A program made the position numbers and the translations under genes. The notes below the pieces were generated by a model that saw only the letters and a list, made by a program, of their open reading frames with translations, was not told the DNA's origin and searched no databases. This document shows positions 1 through 9,432 of a DNA stretch of 64,000 bases, piece by piece. Origin of the DNA: an uncultured Chthoniobacterales bacterium (GTDB taxonomy: Bacteria; Verrucomicrobiota; Verrucomicrobiia; Chthoniobacterales; SZAS-18); the NCBI GenBank assembly GCA_964242205.1, contig CAXTBX010000003.1, forward strand, positions 32,698 through 96,697. Reading direction: 5' to 3'. Positions within the stretch are counted from its first letter, which is position 1. Each line of letters opens with the position of its first letter.

Positions 1-133
1 ACGACCCGGTGAATCGCCGTGGGTCCGGCTTTTCGGATGCCGTTCTCGCCGACCCGGATCATCAAGCGGACTTCCCCGGTCGCAGGTATTCCCACGGGTA
101 AAAACCGGGGCCTCCGGTCGGTCTCACCGGACA

Positions 134-1120
134 TCATATGGTGCCCGTGGTGATCCCGCTTTCGACAATCAGTTTTGAAAACTGCTCTCCATCGACCATC
201 TCGATCCGCACGCCCTTTTCCTCAAGGTACTGCTCGGCCATCTGGTATGCCTCCTCCGCGATGGTACCCGAGGTAATCAGCATCCCGAGATTGGCCGCTT
301 CCGCCTCGATGCCGTTGATGAGTTGTTCGACCTCGGCTCTGCCGACCGGCGGGTACGGCTGCCAGTGCTTTGCTTGGACCGCGACCTTGTAACGGAAGAC
401 ACCCGCCACCCGGAAGAACGCCACCAGATCGGCCCCCATGTCATTGATGCGTGGCACGATCCGCACGTCGGTCGCGCCGAGTTTTTCCAGCACGTTGCCG
501 ATCAGTTGCTCGAAGCCGTAGTTCTCGATGCGGCCACCACGTATCTCGGCCAAGGTCTCGCGGACGAGGCGGCCTTGCAGGTCGTTCTGGAAGGTCGGTG
601 TTACCCCCTGTTCCGCCAAGTTGAGGCACTCCTCGATCTCGGCCACCAGATCGCTTGCGTCCGCGCAGGTGCCGCGAATCTTCATGCGTGAGATCAGGGC
701 CAGACGGGCGTGTGAACGGGGGATGGACCTGCCTTCGTTAAGCCACCTCACAGGTCGCCGGTAGGCTGAATCCGCCTCCACCTTGGAGGCGTCGCGGATC
801 GCTGCTCCCGTAATCTCCGCGACGTAAAACTCCGACCAGTGCGGCACCACCACCAGATCGCCGGGCACCATCTCGCGGATGAAACGCCAGAGATGTCCGG
901 CGGCATTTCCGGCACTGTGCAGCGTGGGTTCCTCTGGATAATACGTGCTACGGACGATCTCCCGGAAGGCGGGCCAGTCGAGTGCCGGGTCGAGCAATCC
1001 CTCCGCCCAAGCCCACCCGATGATGATCTCCCCGGTTTGCAGGGCCTCCGGTACCAAGTCATCCCCGCTCGGGGAGATTTTCAGAACAAAGGCGTTTTTC
1101 GGGGTGGTTTCCGGGTTCAT
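134..1120 (-). CDS. Mrr-family (type IV-like) restriction endonuclease with N-terminal PUA/EVE-like domain
   Basis: C-terminal FEQLI..LEKLG..DMGADL..VAVQAKHW Mrr-cat motif; N-terminal IIIGW..FIREMVPGDLVVVP typical of this family. Confidence 0.8.
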   Translation of the reverse strand: MNPETTPKNAFVLKISPSGDDLVPEALQTGEIIIGWAWAEGLLDPALDWPAFREIVRSTYYPEEPTLHSAGNAAGHLWRFIREMVPGDLVVVPHWSEFYVAEITGAAIRDASKVEADSAYRRPVRWLNEGRSIPRSHARLALISRMKIRGTCADASDLVAEIEECLNLAEQGVTPTFQNDLQGRLVRETLAEIRGGRIENYGFEQLIGNVLEKLGATDVRIVPRINDMGADLVAFFRVAGVFRYKVAVQAKHWQPYPPVGRAEVEQLINGIEAEAANLGMLITSGTIAEEAYQMAEQYLEEKGVRIEMVDGEQFSKLIVESGITTGTI

Positions 1121-1142
1121 GGATGCGGACCTATTTGGGGGA

Positions 1143-2321
1143 TCACGCGGCCATGATGGTCCGTGTGTGTCCGATAAATTCCTCGAAGTTCAGCAGCGTG
1201 ATTTTGCTGCCTTTCTCGTACTTCTTATGCAATTTCTCGGGTACGATCAGCGTGATCCCGGCCTCGTGCATCTCGTCCATCTGTCTGATGGAGATGCCGT
1301 GCTGCGTGGTGAGAAGGTGCTTCTTCCGAACGCGCGGTGCCTCCTGCAAAACCTGTCTCCAACGATCCTTGCAGGTGGTTTTCACCCCGACTACACAGAG
1401 CTTCTCAAGCGGGTATGCGGGATCGTTGTATTCCGCAGCACCCGGAATGATGATGTCGCTTTGCCCCCTGATCTTTCCCGGACGCATCTCGTGACGGATG
1501 TTCTCGCGGGTCAGAAGATGATCCACATGATTTTCCAAGGAACGACCTGCCCGCACCTTCCGCCGGTTGATAATCCTGTGGGCGGTTTTCACGAAGTCGT
1601 CAACGTCTTGAAACAATCTGGAGATGTCCTTGCTGCATAGTTGACGCTCGGCCAGTTTGAAAATCTCGAACTCGGTGTCCAGACACTTCTTCAATGCGTC
1701 GTCGGGAGGGAGGAGTTTGAATCCGGTGACACATTTTTCCAGAATCGCTCTGGCCGTTTCCGAGAACACGTCCGTTCCGGGAAATTTGTCATCCAGCAGC
1801 TTCAGAAAGTCGCGGCTGTGTTTGCGGATACAGCCTGTTGTCGAGCCGCCGGTGGTGACATTGCCGTCCTGATAGGCTCCCCACGACTGGGTGATGTCCA
1901 AGCCGAGGGCGGTCTGGACCTCCTCGATATCATCATCCTGGTCCAGCACATAGGCGGTGAACTCCCCGAACGTGTGCGGAATGATGACCAGCAGATCGCC
2001 GATACAGTCGGCTTGCAGGTAGGGGAAACCCTTGCCGAAGCCGGTCAGCCGGTACTCGCTCCGGGTTTTCTTGCCGTACCAAGTGACGTTGGATGGCGTC
2101 GTCAGCCCTATTTGCCACCAATGCACCTTGACGGCCTGCTTTTTCACAACGCCCTTGATCGGTGGAATGTCGGTGTAGAGCGCATGGATCGACTTCGGCA
2201 AATAGAAGCCCGCCTCGTTGCTACCGGTGGCCCCGACATTGTTCGGCTGGATGTACTTCAGGATGGCCCGCCCGGTGTCGGTGGCGTCCTCGATTGCCCG
2301 TTCGCAGACAGGAGAGGCCAT
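1143..2321 (-). CDS. EcoRII-like type IIE restriction endonuclease (EcoRII-N + EcoRII-C)
   Basis: N-terminal LKYIQPNNVGATGSNEAGFYLP..SEYRLTGFG; C-terminal RAGRSLENH..KTTCKDRWRQVLQEA; directly downstream of a Dcm-like MTase. Confidence 0.88.
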   Translation of the reverse strand: MASPVCERAIEDATDTGRAILKYIQPNNVGATGSNEAGFYLPKSIHALYTDIPPIKGVVKKQAVKVHWWQIGLTTPSNVTWYGKKTRSEYRLTGFGKGFPYLQADCIGDLLVIIPHTFGEFTAYVLDQDDDIEEVQTALGLDITQSWGAYQDGNVTTGGSTTGCIRKHSRDFLKLLDDKFPGTDVFSETARAILEKCVTGFKLLPPDDALKKCLDTEFEIFKLAERQLCSKDISRLFQDVDDFVKTAHRIINRRKVRAGRSLENHVDHLLTRENIRHEMRPGKIRGQSDIIIPGAAEYNDPAYPLEKLCVVGVKTTCKDRWRQVLQEAPRVRKKHLLTTQHGISIRQMDEMHEAGITLIVPEKLHKKYEKGSKITLLNFEEFIGHTRTIMAA

Positions 2322-2337
2322 AGTCTTGGATACCCTC

Positions 2338-3630
2338 TCAGTTTGCCACGGGCACGGCGCGTTTCACAAAGCAGCCGTTCCCCTTGCCTGCCTGATGCCC
2401 GGCAAGAACCTCCGTGATCCGCATCGCAATCGGCGTGACCCCCTTCGGTACGACCGCGTTTCCGAATTGCTTGTAAGCCTGCGTGTCGGAAACCGCGATG
2501 CTGTCCGCGTACTCATCAAATCCCATAAGCCGCGCCGCTTCCTTCGGCATGAGCCTGCGAGGGTTTTTGCCTTCCTGCGGTATCAGGATTTCCGAACCAT
2601 CCTTGTAATAACGCGCGCTCAGGGTGCGCGTGATCCCGGAGCGGGAGGCGAGGCCGAAGCCGAAGCCATTACCCTGTTCACGATGTTTCTCGGCGTAGCG
2701 TTGCAGGTAGGCCCAGAGGTGATCGGTCAGGGTATATTTGTCGGGTACATCCTCCTCCTTCTCCAAAATATCGGACAGGACCGGTTGTGGCTCCAAAGGT
2801 GGACCGGGGAACGTGAATTCGGGGCGCACCGGGAACACCTCCTTGTCGAAGCAGACGATGTAAACTCGTTCCCGGTGCTGCGGCACCCATGCCGCCGCGT
2901 CGATCACGTCGAAGAAGATGTGGTAGCGCAAGGAGTCCAACGTCTCGCGGATCACCTGCCATGTCTGGCCCTTATCATGGGATAGAAGATTGCGGACGTT
3001 TTCCAGGAAAAGCACCGGGGGTCTTTTCGCCTCGATGATCGTGGCGAGGTGGAAAAAGAGGGTTCCTTGGGTGACGCAATCGAATCCGTGTGCCCTGCCA
3101 AGGCTATTCTTCTTTGACACACCGGCAAGCGAGAATGGCTGGCACGGGAAGCCTGCCGCAAGCACGTCATGGTCGGGGATGTCTGACATCTTCACCTCGC
3201 GGATGTCACCGTGCGGCGTCTCGCCGTGCAATTTCTTATAGGTTCTCTGGCAACTGTCGTCCCACTCGCTGCTGAAAACGCACCGTCCACCAACCTTGCT
3301 CAAAGCAACCCGGAAGCCACCGATGCCCGCGAAGATGTCGATGAAATTGAAAAAGGCCGCTCCGTTTCCGGTGACACCGGCAATATCGTGTCGGGGTATT
3401 CCTGCATCTAGTGGCAGCGGTGTTTGCCCCCCGGCAGTGTCATAGGCACGCTTGAGTACATCCAGCACGAACTCCTGCTGGCTCGCGTGGTTCTGACCGC
3501 GCTCCCGGTCAATCCAGTGCCGCACATCCGGCGGCACGTTCCTGACGCAGATGTCATTCGATTTACGGGGCCGCCCCACCTTGCCTGTCCGTGGAGCGGA
3601 TTGTTCAACCCCAGGAAAATTTGATAGCAT
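2338..3630 (-). CDS. dcm: C5-cytosine DNA methyltransferase, Dcm/M.EcoRII-like (probably CCWGG), with N-terminal RHH-like extension
   Basis: FIDIFAGIGG, GFPCQPFSLAGVSKKNSLGRAHGF, ENV, QHRERVY, QFGNAVV motifs; close to E. coli Dcm as recalled. Confidence 0.93.
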   Translation of the reverse strand: MLSNFPGVEQSAPRTGKVGRPRKSNDICVRNVPPDVRHWIDRERGQNHASQQEFVLDVLKRAYDTAGGQTPLPLDAGIPRHDIAGVTGNGAAFFNFIDIFAGIGGFRVALSKVGGRCVFSSEWDDSCQRTYKKLHGETPHGDIREVKMSDIPDHDVLAAGFPCQPFSLAGVSKKNSLGRAHGFDCVTQGTLFFHLATIIEAKRPPVLFLENVRNLLSHDKGQTWQVIRETLDSLRYHIFFDVIDAAAWVPQHRERVYIVCFDKEVFPVRPEFTFPGPPLEPQPVLSDILEKEEDVPDKYTLTDHLWAYLQRYAEKHREQGNGFGFGLASRSGITRTLSARYYKDGSEILIPQEGKNPRRLMPKEAARLMGFDEYADSIAVSDTQAYKQFGNAVVPKGVTPIAMRITEVLAGHQAGKGNGCFVKRAVPVAN

Positions 3631-3864
3631 TTCTGCTCAGATATACTCTACCCCTTGTGGCAGTCACGCGAAATCTTCGGTTTTTACATCAAGATGCCGG
3701 GAATATCCTGCTCCGCCGGGTTGTCGGTCTGCTATCAGACCATGAGCACCGGCGGCACACGATAATCTTGCCGCGCTCGCGGTCAATCTGTTAGGTTCCA
3801 CGTCCGACCCGGATGCGGTGTGGACAGGCCCGCCCGTCGCACCGGGGGTACACACCGAGCATCC

Positions 3865-5502
3865 ATGAGCAATCCGATCCCACCAATCGCCGAAAAACTG
3901 CTGGTTCCACCCGATCCCGAACGCCTTGCCGAGGGGTTGCGCGATACCGGCTACCAGTTGAACACCGCCATCGCGGACATTGTGGACAACTCCATCGCGG
4001 CCAAGGCGAAGCTCGTGCAGATCGAATTGAGGATGGATTTCAGGGGCAACATCAGCCTCAACATCTTCGATGACGGCTCCGGGATGAACCGGGACGAACT
4101 GATCCTCGCCATGCGCTACGGCGCACCCAAGCGGCCATCGGCGGCCAGTCTCGGCAAGTTCGGTCTTGGTCTGAAGACCGCATCCACCGCTTTCTGCCGC
4201 AAGCTCTCGGTCGTCTCGCGCGCCTTGAAGGACGACCCACTGGTACGGGCCACTTGGGACCTCGACCACATCGCACGGGCCGGTCAATGGGAACTGTTTC
4301 TCGACGTTCCCACGGCAGCGCAGGAGAAGACGTTCGAGACCTTCATCACCGGAGGAAAAGGAACGATGGTCGTGTGGGAGGAGGTGGACCGCGTGCTCGG
4401 AGGGTACGCCGATCCGGGCGGCATCCCCGCCAAGAAGGCACTGGACAAGCTGGTGGAGTCGTTGCGCGAACACCTCGGGATGATCTTCCAGCGGTTTCTG
4501 GACAAGGCCGACAAGCGCGCTCCCAATGTTTCCATGAAGCTCAACGGTACGGACATCCCAGCATGGGACCCCTTCTGCGAGGGGGTGTCCACGGATGCTG
4601 GCAAGAGCACCCGCGACGTGGAACTTGCCGATGGCAGTATGGCGAGCTTCGACATCCGCGCGTTCATCCTCCCTCGCAAGGAGGAGTTCAATTCGGAGGA
4701 CGCAGCCCGAAACGCCCGGTTGAGCAACCAGAATCAGGGCATCTACATCTACCGCGAGAACCGGCTGATTCACGGACCGGACTGGCTGAAGATGTTTGCC
4801 AAGGAACCCCACCTGACGCTGCTGAGAACGGAGTTTTCGTTCGATCACCGGCTGGATGATGCGTTCCAGATCGACATCAAGAAGTCACAGGTCATTCTCG
4901 CCGAGGAACTCTACAACGACGTTCTCACCTTCCTGAATCCCGCCCGGCGGGCCGCCGAGCAGATGTACCGCAAGGGGCAGCGGAAGAAGAACGCGGAGGC
5001 AAATGCCGACGCTCACGGTGTCTCCAATCAGAACATCAGCAGCAAGGAGGACAAACTGCCAAAGCCGGACGTGCGCGGGAGTGATCCCGTTGCCGGTACG
5101 GTCGATCTGGTCAACGACAGCGGCAAGGTCCGGGTCAAGATCAAGCTCACGAAGACCACCCAGCCTCGCAAGGTGCTTATCCAGACGGAGGACAGCCTGC
5201 AAGACGGCGTGCTCTGGGAGCCGCGCCTCATCACCGATCCGACGAGCGGTAACTCGCATTACGGCGTCGTCATCAACACCGGTCATGCCTACTACCAGAA
5301 GGTTTATCTACCCAACTTGGCGCAGGGCGTGACCATCCAAGGGATGGACGCCCTGCTCTGGGGCCTGAGCATGGCCGAATTGAAGTGTCTCAGTGACGAG
5401 AACAAGGAAAGCCTTTCCGAGATGCGCCACGAGGTATCACGCAGCCTCCGCAAGCTGGTGGAGGACCTGCCCGAGCCGCCGGACAACAATGCTGACGCAT
5501 GA
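3865..5502 (+). CDS. MORC/MutL-like GHKL (HATPase_c_3) ATPase
   Basis: AIADIVDNS, DDGSGM, LGKFGLGLKTAS GHKL motifs, followed by a MORC S5-like region (QGIYIYRENRLI); alternative GTG start at 3820. Confidence 0.88.
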   Translation: MSNPIPPIAEKLLVPPDPERLAEGLRDTGYQLNTAIADIVDNSIAAKAKLVQIELRMDFRGNISLNIFDDGSGMNRDELILAMRYGAPKRPSAASLGKFGLGLKTASTAFCRKLSVVSRALKDDPLVRATWDLDHIARAGQWELFLDVPTAAQEKTFETFITGGKGTMVVWEEVDRVLGGYADPGGIPAKKALDKLVESLREHLGMIFQRFLDKADKRAPNVSMKLNGTDIPAWDPFCEGVSTDAGKSTRDVELADGSMASFDIRAFILPRKEEFNSEDAARNARLSNQNQGIYIYRENRLIHGPDWLKMFAKEPHLTLLRTEFSFDHRLDDAFQIDIKKSQVILAEELYNDVLTFLNPARRAAEQMYRKGQRKKNAEANADAHGVSNQNISSKEDKLPKPDVRGSDPVAGTVDLVNDSGKVRVKIKLTKTTQPRKVLIQTEDSLQDGVLWEPRLITDPTSGNSHYGVVINTGHAYYQKVYLPNLAQGVTIQGMDALLWGLSMAELKCLSDENKESLSEMRHEVSRSLRKLVEDLPEPPDNNADA

Positions 5503-6389
5503 ACGGGTCCATCGCTCCATTTCTGGTCGGTGCCGTGGAGGATCGTCTGCGGCTGGCCGTGAAGGCTCATCTGGACGACGGCGAGGATGGTGAATACTGC
5601 GATGTCACCCCGCTGGACATCGAAAAGGACAACGGTTTCACCGTGCGCTTCCGCGTTACCCGGCAGAACGCGGAGGCGACCTTCGTGCCGTACACCTACG
5701 CGGCGGACCTCATTGAGGCAATGGGCGGGGCTGCCCAGCAGGGACGGCTTGCCTTCACCGCGCTTGCCCGAGGACTGCACGATAGAGGATTGAAGTTGCC
5801 CATGAGCGTCAACGGGAAGGAGGTGGACCCGGCGGACGCCAGCACTTGGCCGGAGGGATGGCACCGGTTGGAAATGTCTCTCGCACGACGGATGCCGATG
5901 TTCGCGGAGGAGGGCGAGGAACCGCAGATCGAAACGCTGGCGGCGGAACTGGTGGTCCCCGTCCTCGCGCTCACGGTCGCCCTGATCGGGGTGGAGGATG
6001 CCGCCGATGAGCCGGAATCCCCGGTCACGACAGGGCAACCGGAGGGCAGACCATACCAGACTCTCGTGACGCGCTACGAGCGGAAGGGGGTGAACCGGGA
6101 AGCCTGTATCCAGTTGAAAGGCTGCCGGTGTCATGCCTGCGGCTTCGACTTTGAACGCTTCTACGGCCCGCTCGGGGCCGGGTACATCGAGGTGCATCAC
6201 ATCGTCATGGCATCCCGGATGGGCGCGGGCTACATGGTCGATCCGGCAAGGGACCTCGTGCCTCTCTGTGCGAACTGTCACGCGATGGTTCACCGGCAGG
6301 ACCCGCCCATGCCGGTGGAGGAACTCGCGCGACTTCTCGCGGCGCGGCGCGTACCGGAACCTGTCAATGGAAGCGAAGGTAAAGATTGA
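5499..6389 (+). CDS. McrA-like HNH endonuclease with unrecognised N-terminal domain
   Basis: TRYER..CHACGFDF..YIEVHH..DLVPLCANCHAMVH; ATGA overlap with the MORC stop codon. Confidence 0.85.
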   Translation: MNGSIAPFLVGAVEDRLRLAVKAHLDDGEDGEYCDVTPLDIEKDNGFTVRFRVTRQNAEATFVPYTYAADLIEAMGGAAQQGRLAFTALARGLHDRGLKLPMSVNGKEVDPADASTWPEGWHRLEMSLARRMPMFAEEGEEPQIETLAAELVVPVLALTVALIGVEDAADEPESPVTTGQPEGRPYQTLVTRYERKGVNREACIQLKGCRCHACGFDFERFYGPLGAGYIEVHHIVMASRMGAGYMVDPARDLVPLCANCHAMVHRQDPPMPVEELARLLAARRVPEPVNGSEGKD

Positions 6390-8277
6390 GGGGCGGGCCT
6401 TGCGCCTGACCGATGGCGACAGAACGCTGTACCCGCTCGCGGAGGAAATCTTCGCGGTGGTCTTCGAGGCTGCCGACAATATCAGGGGTGTACCGGTGTC
6501 GGCGCGGGATTTCGAGAGTACGGGAGTGGTTTTCTCGCCCAACCCGGCTGTTCCCCTATTGTTGCTGACCACGCATCCGTCAGGCCCGCGTGGTCCCGAG
6601 ATTCTGTGTGATCTGTTCGTCAGCACCGGCGCGGGGGAACATCCGGTCGGACGTGACGGTGACACGCTGCTGGATCACGCGGTCTGCGACGGTCATTGGA
6701 TGCCACTGCCGAGAGGCACTCTGGATGGGCTTGGCCGCATGTTGAAGAAGGCGGGCATCGCCCGGCCCGGAACGATCACCCTCGGTCAGTACATGAACCT
6801 GGTGCGCCAGACCGGCGCGGAGAGCATCGGCATCGAGGATCGCACCGCCGCCACCTTGGGCGCGGCTGACCTCGCCCCGCGCCTCGACGGCGAACCCCCC
6901 GCCGGTCTCCACGCCAAGCTGTTCCCGTACCAGCGCGAGGGATACCGCTGGCTTTCCTACATGGTCCGGGAGGGACTCGGGGCGGTGCTCGCAGACGAGA
7001 TGGGTCTAGGAAAGACCCTCCAGGTGATCTGCCTTCTGGCGGAATTGGCGGAACGTAACGGAACGGCCTGCATCGTGGTCGCCCCCGCGACGCTGCTGGA
7101 GAACTGGCGGCGGGAGATCGCCCGTTTCGCCCCCGGTCTCCGCGTCCTGATCCACCAAGGAGCGGGCCGGGCGGGTCTGTCAACCATGCTGGCCGGGTAC
7201 AATGTGGTGGTGACCTCCTTCGAGACCGCCGTGGGCGACATCGCCATGTTGAGGAACATCACATGGGACCTCGTGGTGGTGGACGAGGCCCAGAACGTCA
7301 AGAACCCGGAAGCTCGTCGTTCGGTCCAACTCAGGACCCTGCCGCGCCGTAGCACGGTCGCCGTGACGGGCACACCGGTGGAGAACCGCCTGCGCGATCT
7401 CTGGTCGGTGCTGGATTTTTCCCTGCCCGGCTGCCTCGGCTCCCTGCCCGAGTTCGAGCGCGAGTATCCCTCGACCCTTGAGGCCGCCCGGAAACTCGAA
7501 CCCCGCGTCTCGCCCCTGTTGCTGCGACGGTTGGTGCGGGACGTAGCGGACGATCTGCCCGGACGCATCGACATCCCGCAGCAACTCGAACTCGATGAGG
7601 AATCCGCGCGTGCCTACGAGGAAATCCGGGCCGAGGCGGTCGCGCGGTACGGGAAAGCGGCCTCCTTCGTGGCCCTGACGACCCTCCGCCAGTTCTGCAC
7701 GCATCCTTGGTTGGTCGGTCGGATGCGGCACATCACCGACCCGCTCCGCTGTTCGGTGAAGCTGAGTCGTCTCTTCGAGATCATGGAGGAAATTATCGCC
7801 ACCGGCGGAAAGGCCATCATTTTCACTTCCTTTCTGGAGATGACCGACATCCTGCTGCGGGAGATCGGTACGAGGCTGCGTATTCCGGTGGACCACATCG
7901 ACGGGAGGGTGGGAGTGGAGGACCGGCAGCGTCGGGTGGACTCCTTCGGCGCGGTGAAAGGGTCCGCCGTCCTCGTTCTCGGACCGAAGGCAGCCGGGGT
8001 CGGCCTCAACATCACGGCGGCGAATCATGTGATCCACTACAACCCGGAGTGGAACCCGGCGACGGAGGATCAGGCCACGGCACGCGCATACCGGCGCGGC
8101 CAGTATGAGGTTGTCACCGTGCATCGTCTCCTCTATGTTGCCACCATCGAGGAGGTCATGGACGAGAGGATGACCGGCAAGCGTGCGTTGGCCGGAACCG
8201 TGGTGGTGCCCACGGATAGTGAACGCGATATGGAGGACATCCTGCGCGCCTTGCAGGTATCTCCCCTCGACCGATAA
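6367..8277 (+). CDS. SNF2-family SF2 ATPase/helicase
   Basis: LFPYQREG, VLADEMGLGKT, VVDEAQNVKN, TGTPVEN, HYNPEWNPATEDQATARAYRRGQ motifs. Confidence 0.93.
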   Translation: MEAKVKIEGRALRLTDGDRTLYPLAEEIFAVVFEAADNIRGVPVSARDFESTGVVFSPNPAVPLLLLTTHPSGPRGPEILCDLFVSTGAGEHPVGRDGDTLLDHAVCDGHWMPLPRGTLDGLGRMLKKAGIARPGTITLGQYMNLVRQTGAESIGIEDRTAATLGAADLAPRLDGEPPAGLHAKLFPYQREGYRWLSYMVREGLGAVLADEMGLGKTLQVICLLAELAERNGTACIVVAPATLLENWRREIARFAPGLRVLIHQGAGRAGLSTMLAGYNVVVTSFETAVGDIAMLRNITWDLVVVDEAQNVKNPEARRSVQLRTLPRRSTVAVTGTPVENRLRDLWSVLDFSLPGCLGSLPEFEREYPSTLEAARKLEPRVSPLLLRRLVRDVADDLPGRIDIPQQLELDEESARAYEEIRAEAVARYGKAASFVALTTLRQFCTHPWLVGRMRHITDPLRCSVKLSRLFEIMEEIIATGGKAIIFTSFLEMTDILLREIGTRLRIPVDHIDGRVGVEDRQRRVDSFGAVKGSAVLVLGPKAAGVGLNITAANHVIHYNPEWNPATEDQATARAYRRGQYEVVTVHRLLYVATIEEVMDERMTGKRALAGTVVVPTDSERDMEDILRALQVSPLDR

Positions 8278-8285
8278 CACGGATC

Positions 8286-8798
8286 ATGTCCACGAAAATC
8301 ATTGCGAAGACACTCAGCGCGAACGACACCGGGGAAACCGGCGCACACATGGGAGGTGTTCTCATCCCGCGAGAGGACACCATGTTGTCGTTCTTTCCAA
8401 GGCTGGATGGCACCATCAAAAATCCGCGCGAGATTGTGGATGTTATTGACGATGTGGGCCGTGACTGGACCTTCCAGTTCATCTACTACAACGGCAAGTT
8501 CTTCGGGGGCACACGCAACGAGTACCGCCTGACCGGCATGACCGCGTTCCTGCGCGAGTTCAACCTGAAAGCCGGGGACACTTTGGTGTTCAGGAAGGAG
8601 GGACGGGAAACCTTTGTGAGCTACCGCCGCGCCGGGGAGATGGCTGGAGAACAGACGACCGCTGGCTCCTCGGTGATACGCGAGGACGCGCCCGGTTCCA
8701 ACGATCCCGACTGGCTCCCCGGCATGGACAAACTTCCCAAAGCCCGGCGCGTGCTCAGGCTGGGAGGCAACTGGAAGGTGATCCAATACGACGAGTGA
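8286..8798 (+). CDS. standalone EcoRII N-terminal (B3-like) DNA-binding domain protein
   Basis: KTLSANDTGETGAHMGGVLIP..GTRNEYRLTGM..LKAGDTLVF; no nuclease domain. Confidence 0.82.
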   Translation: MSTKIIAKTLSANDTGETGAHMGGVLIPREDTMLSFFPRLDGTIKNPREIVDVIDDVGRDWTFQFIYYNGKFFGGTRNEYRLTGMTAFLREFNLKAGDTLVFRKEGRETFVSYRRAGEMAGEQTTAGSSVIREDAPGSNDPDWLPGMDKLPKARRVLRLGGNWKVIQYDE

Positions 8799-8810
8799 CC
8801 ATGAAGGTTG

Positions 8811-9326
8811 TCAATCCGTGTGGGGAACCTCCCGCCGTTCTGATGGCCTGTCATCCGTCTCGTGTTCCAAGCTGATAAGAAGATCGACCTCTCCCCGCAA
8901 CCATCCGATCACAAGTCCAGTGGTGGCCGAGTTGAGCAGGGCGAAAACGAACAGCAATAACTGCGCGACAAAAAACCTCCCGCCGATTGGCTCCGAGGCG
9001 TGTCCCTTCTCCTCGTTGTGGATCGAGAAAACCAGGAAGATGGCGGACAGGACAATACCGAGGATTGCGATGGAGATTACCCGCATGATCTTGACCTCGA
9101 AACCACGCTTCCGGCGGTAATAAAAAATCTGTTTCCGCATCGCTTCCGCATGAAGAATGATGGCGGTGAACATCATCTCTGGGGACAGGATAATATTTAC
9201 CAAGGGCTGCCCGGTCATGAAATGGTCAGCCGCATAGACGTACAATGGCAGGAGCACGAACGCGGAACTCTCGACAAGCCACTGAAAACCGAGGACGAAA
9301 AGCACTTCTACTGGCCGGCAGATCAT
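8811..9326 (-). CDS. hypothetical membrane protein, about 4 TM helices
   Basis: four hydrophobic stretches; start uncertain (longest ORF begins at 9482, overlapping the repressor). Confidence 0.65.
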   Translation of the reverse strand: MICRPVEVLFVLGFQWLVESSAFVLLPLYVYAADHFMTGQPLVNIILSPEMMFTAIILHAEAMRKQIFYYRRKRGFEVKIMRVISIAILGIVLSAIFLVFSIHNEEKGHASEPIGGRFFVAQLLLFVFALLNSATTGLVIGWLRGEVDLLISLEHETDDRPSERREVPHTD

Positions 9327-9432
9327 ACCGAGCAGGGCGAGACAGCCTCGGGCAGGTGACGGCGACCGGTTGGCATCGGCACCGGTTCCCGGAGAACCTT
9401 CCGTGGATGTTTTCTCCTCGGACACGGGACGG

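Noticed and set aside
3630-3865. vsr gene or C-protein next to dcm
   Set aside because: No suitable ORF; the short ORFs here lack recognisable motifs.
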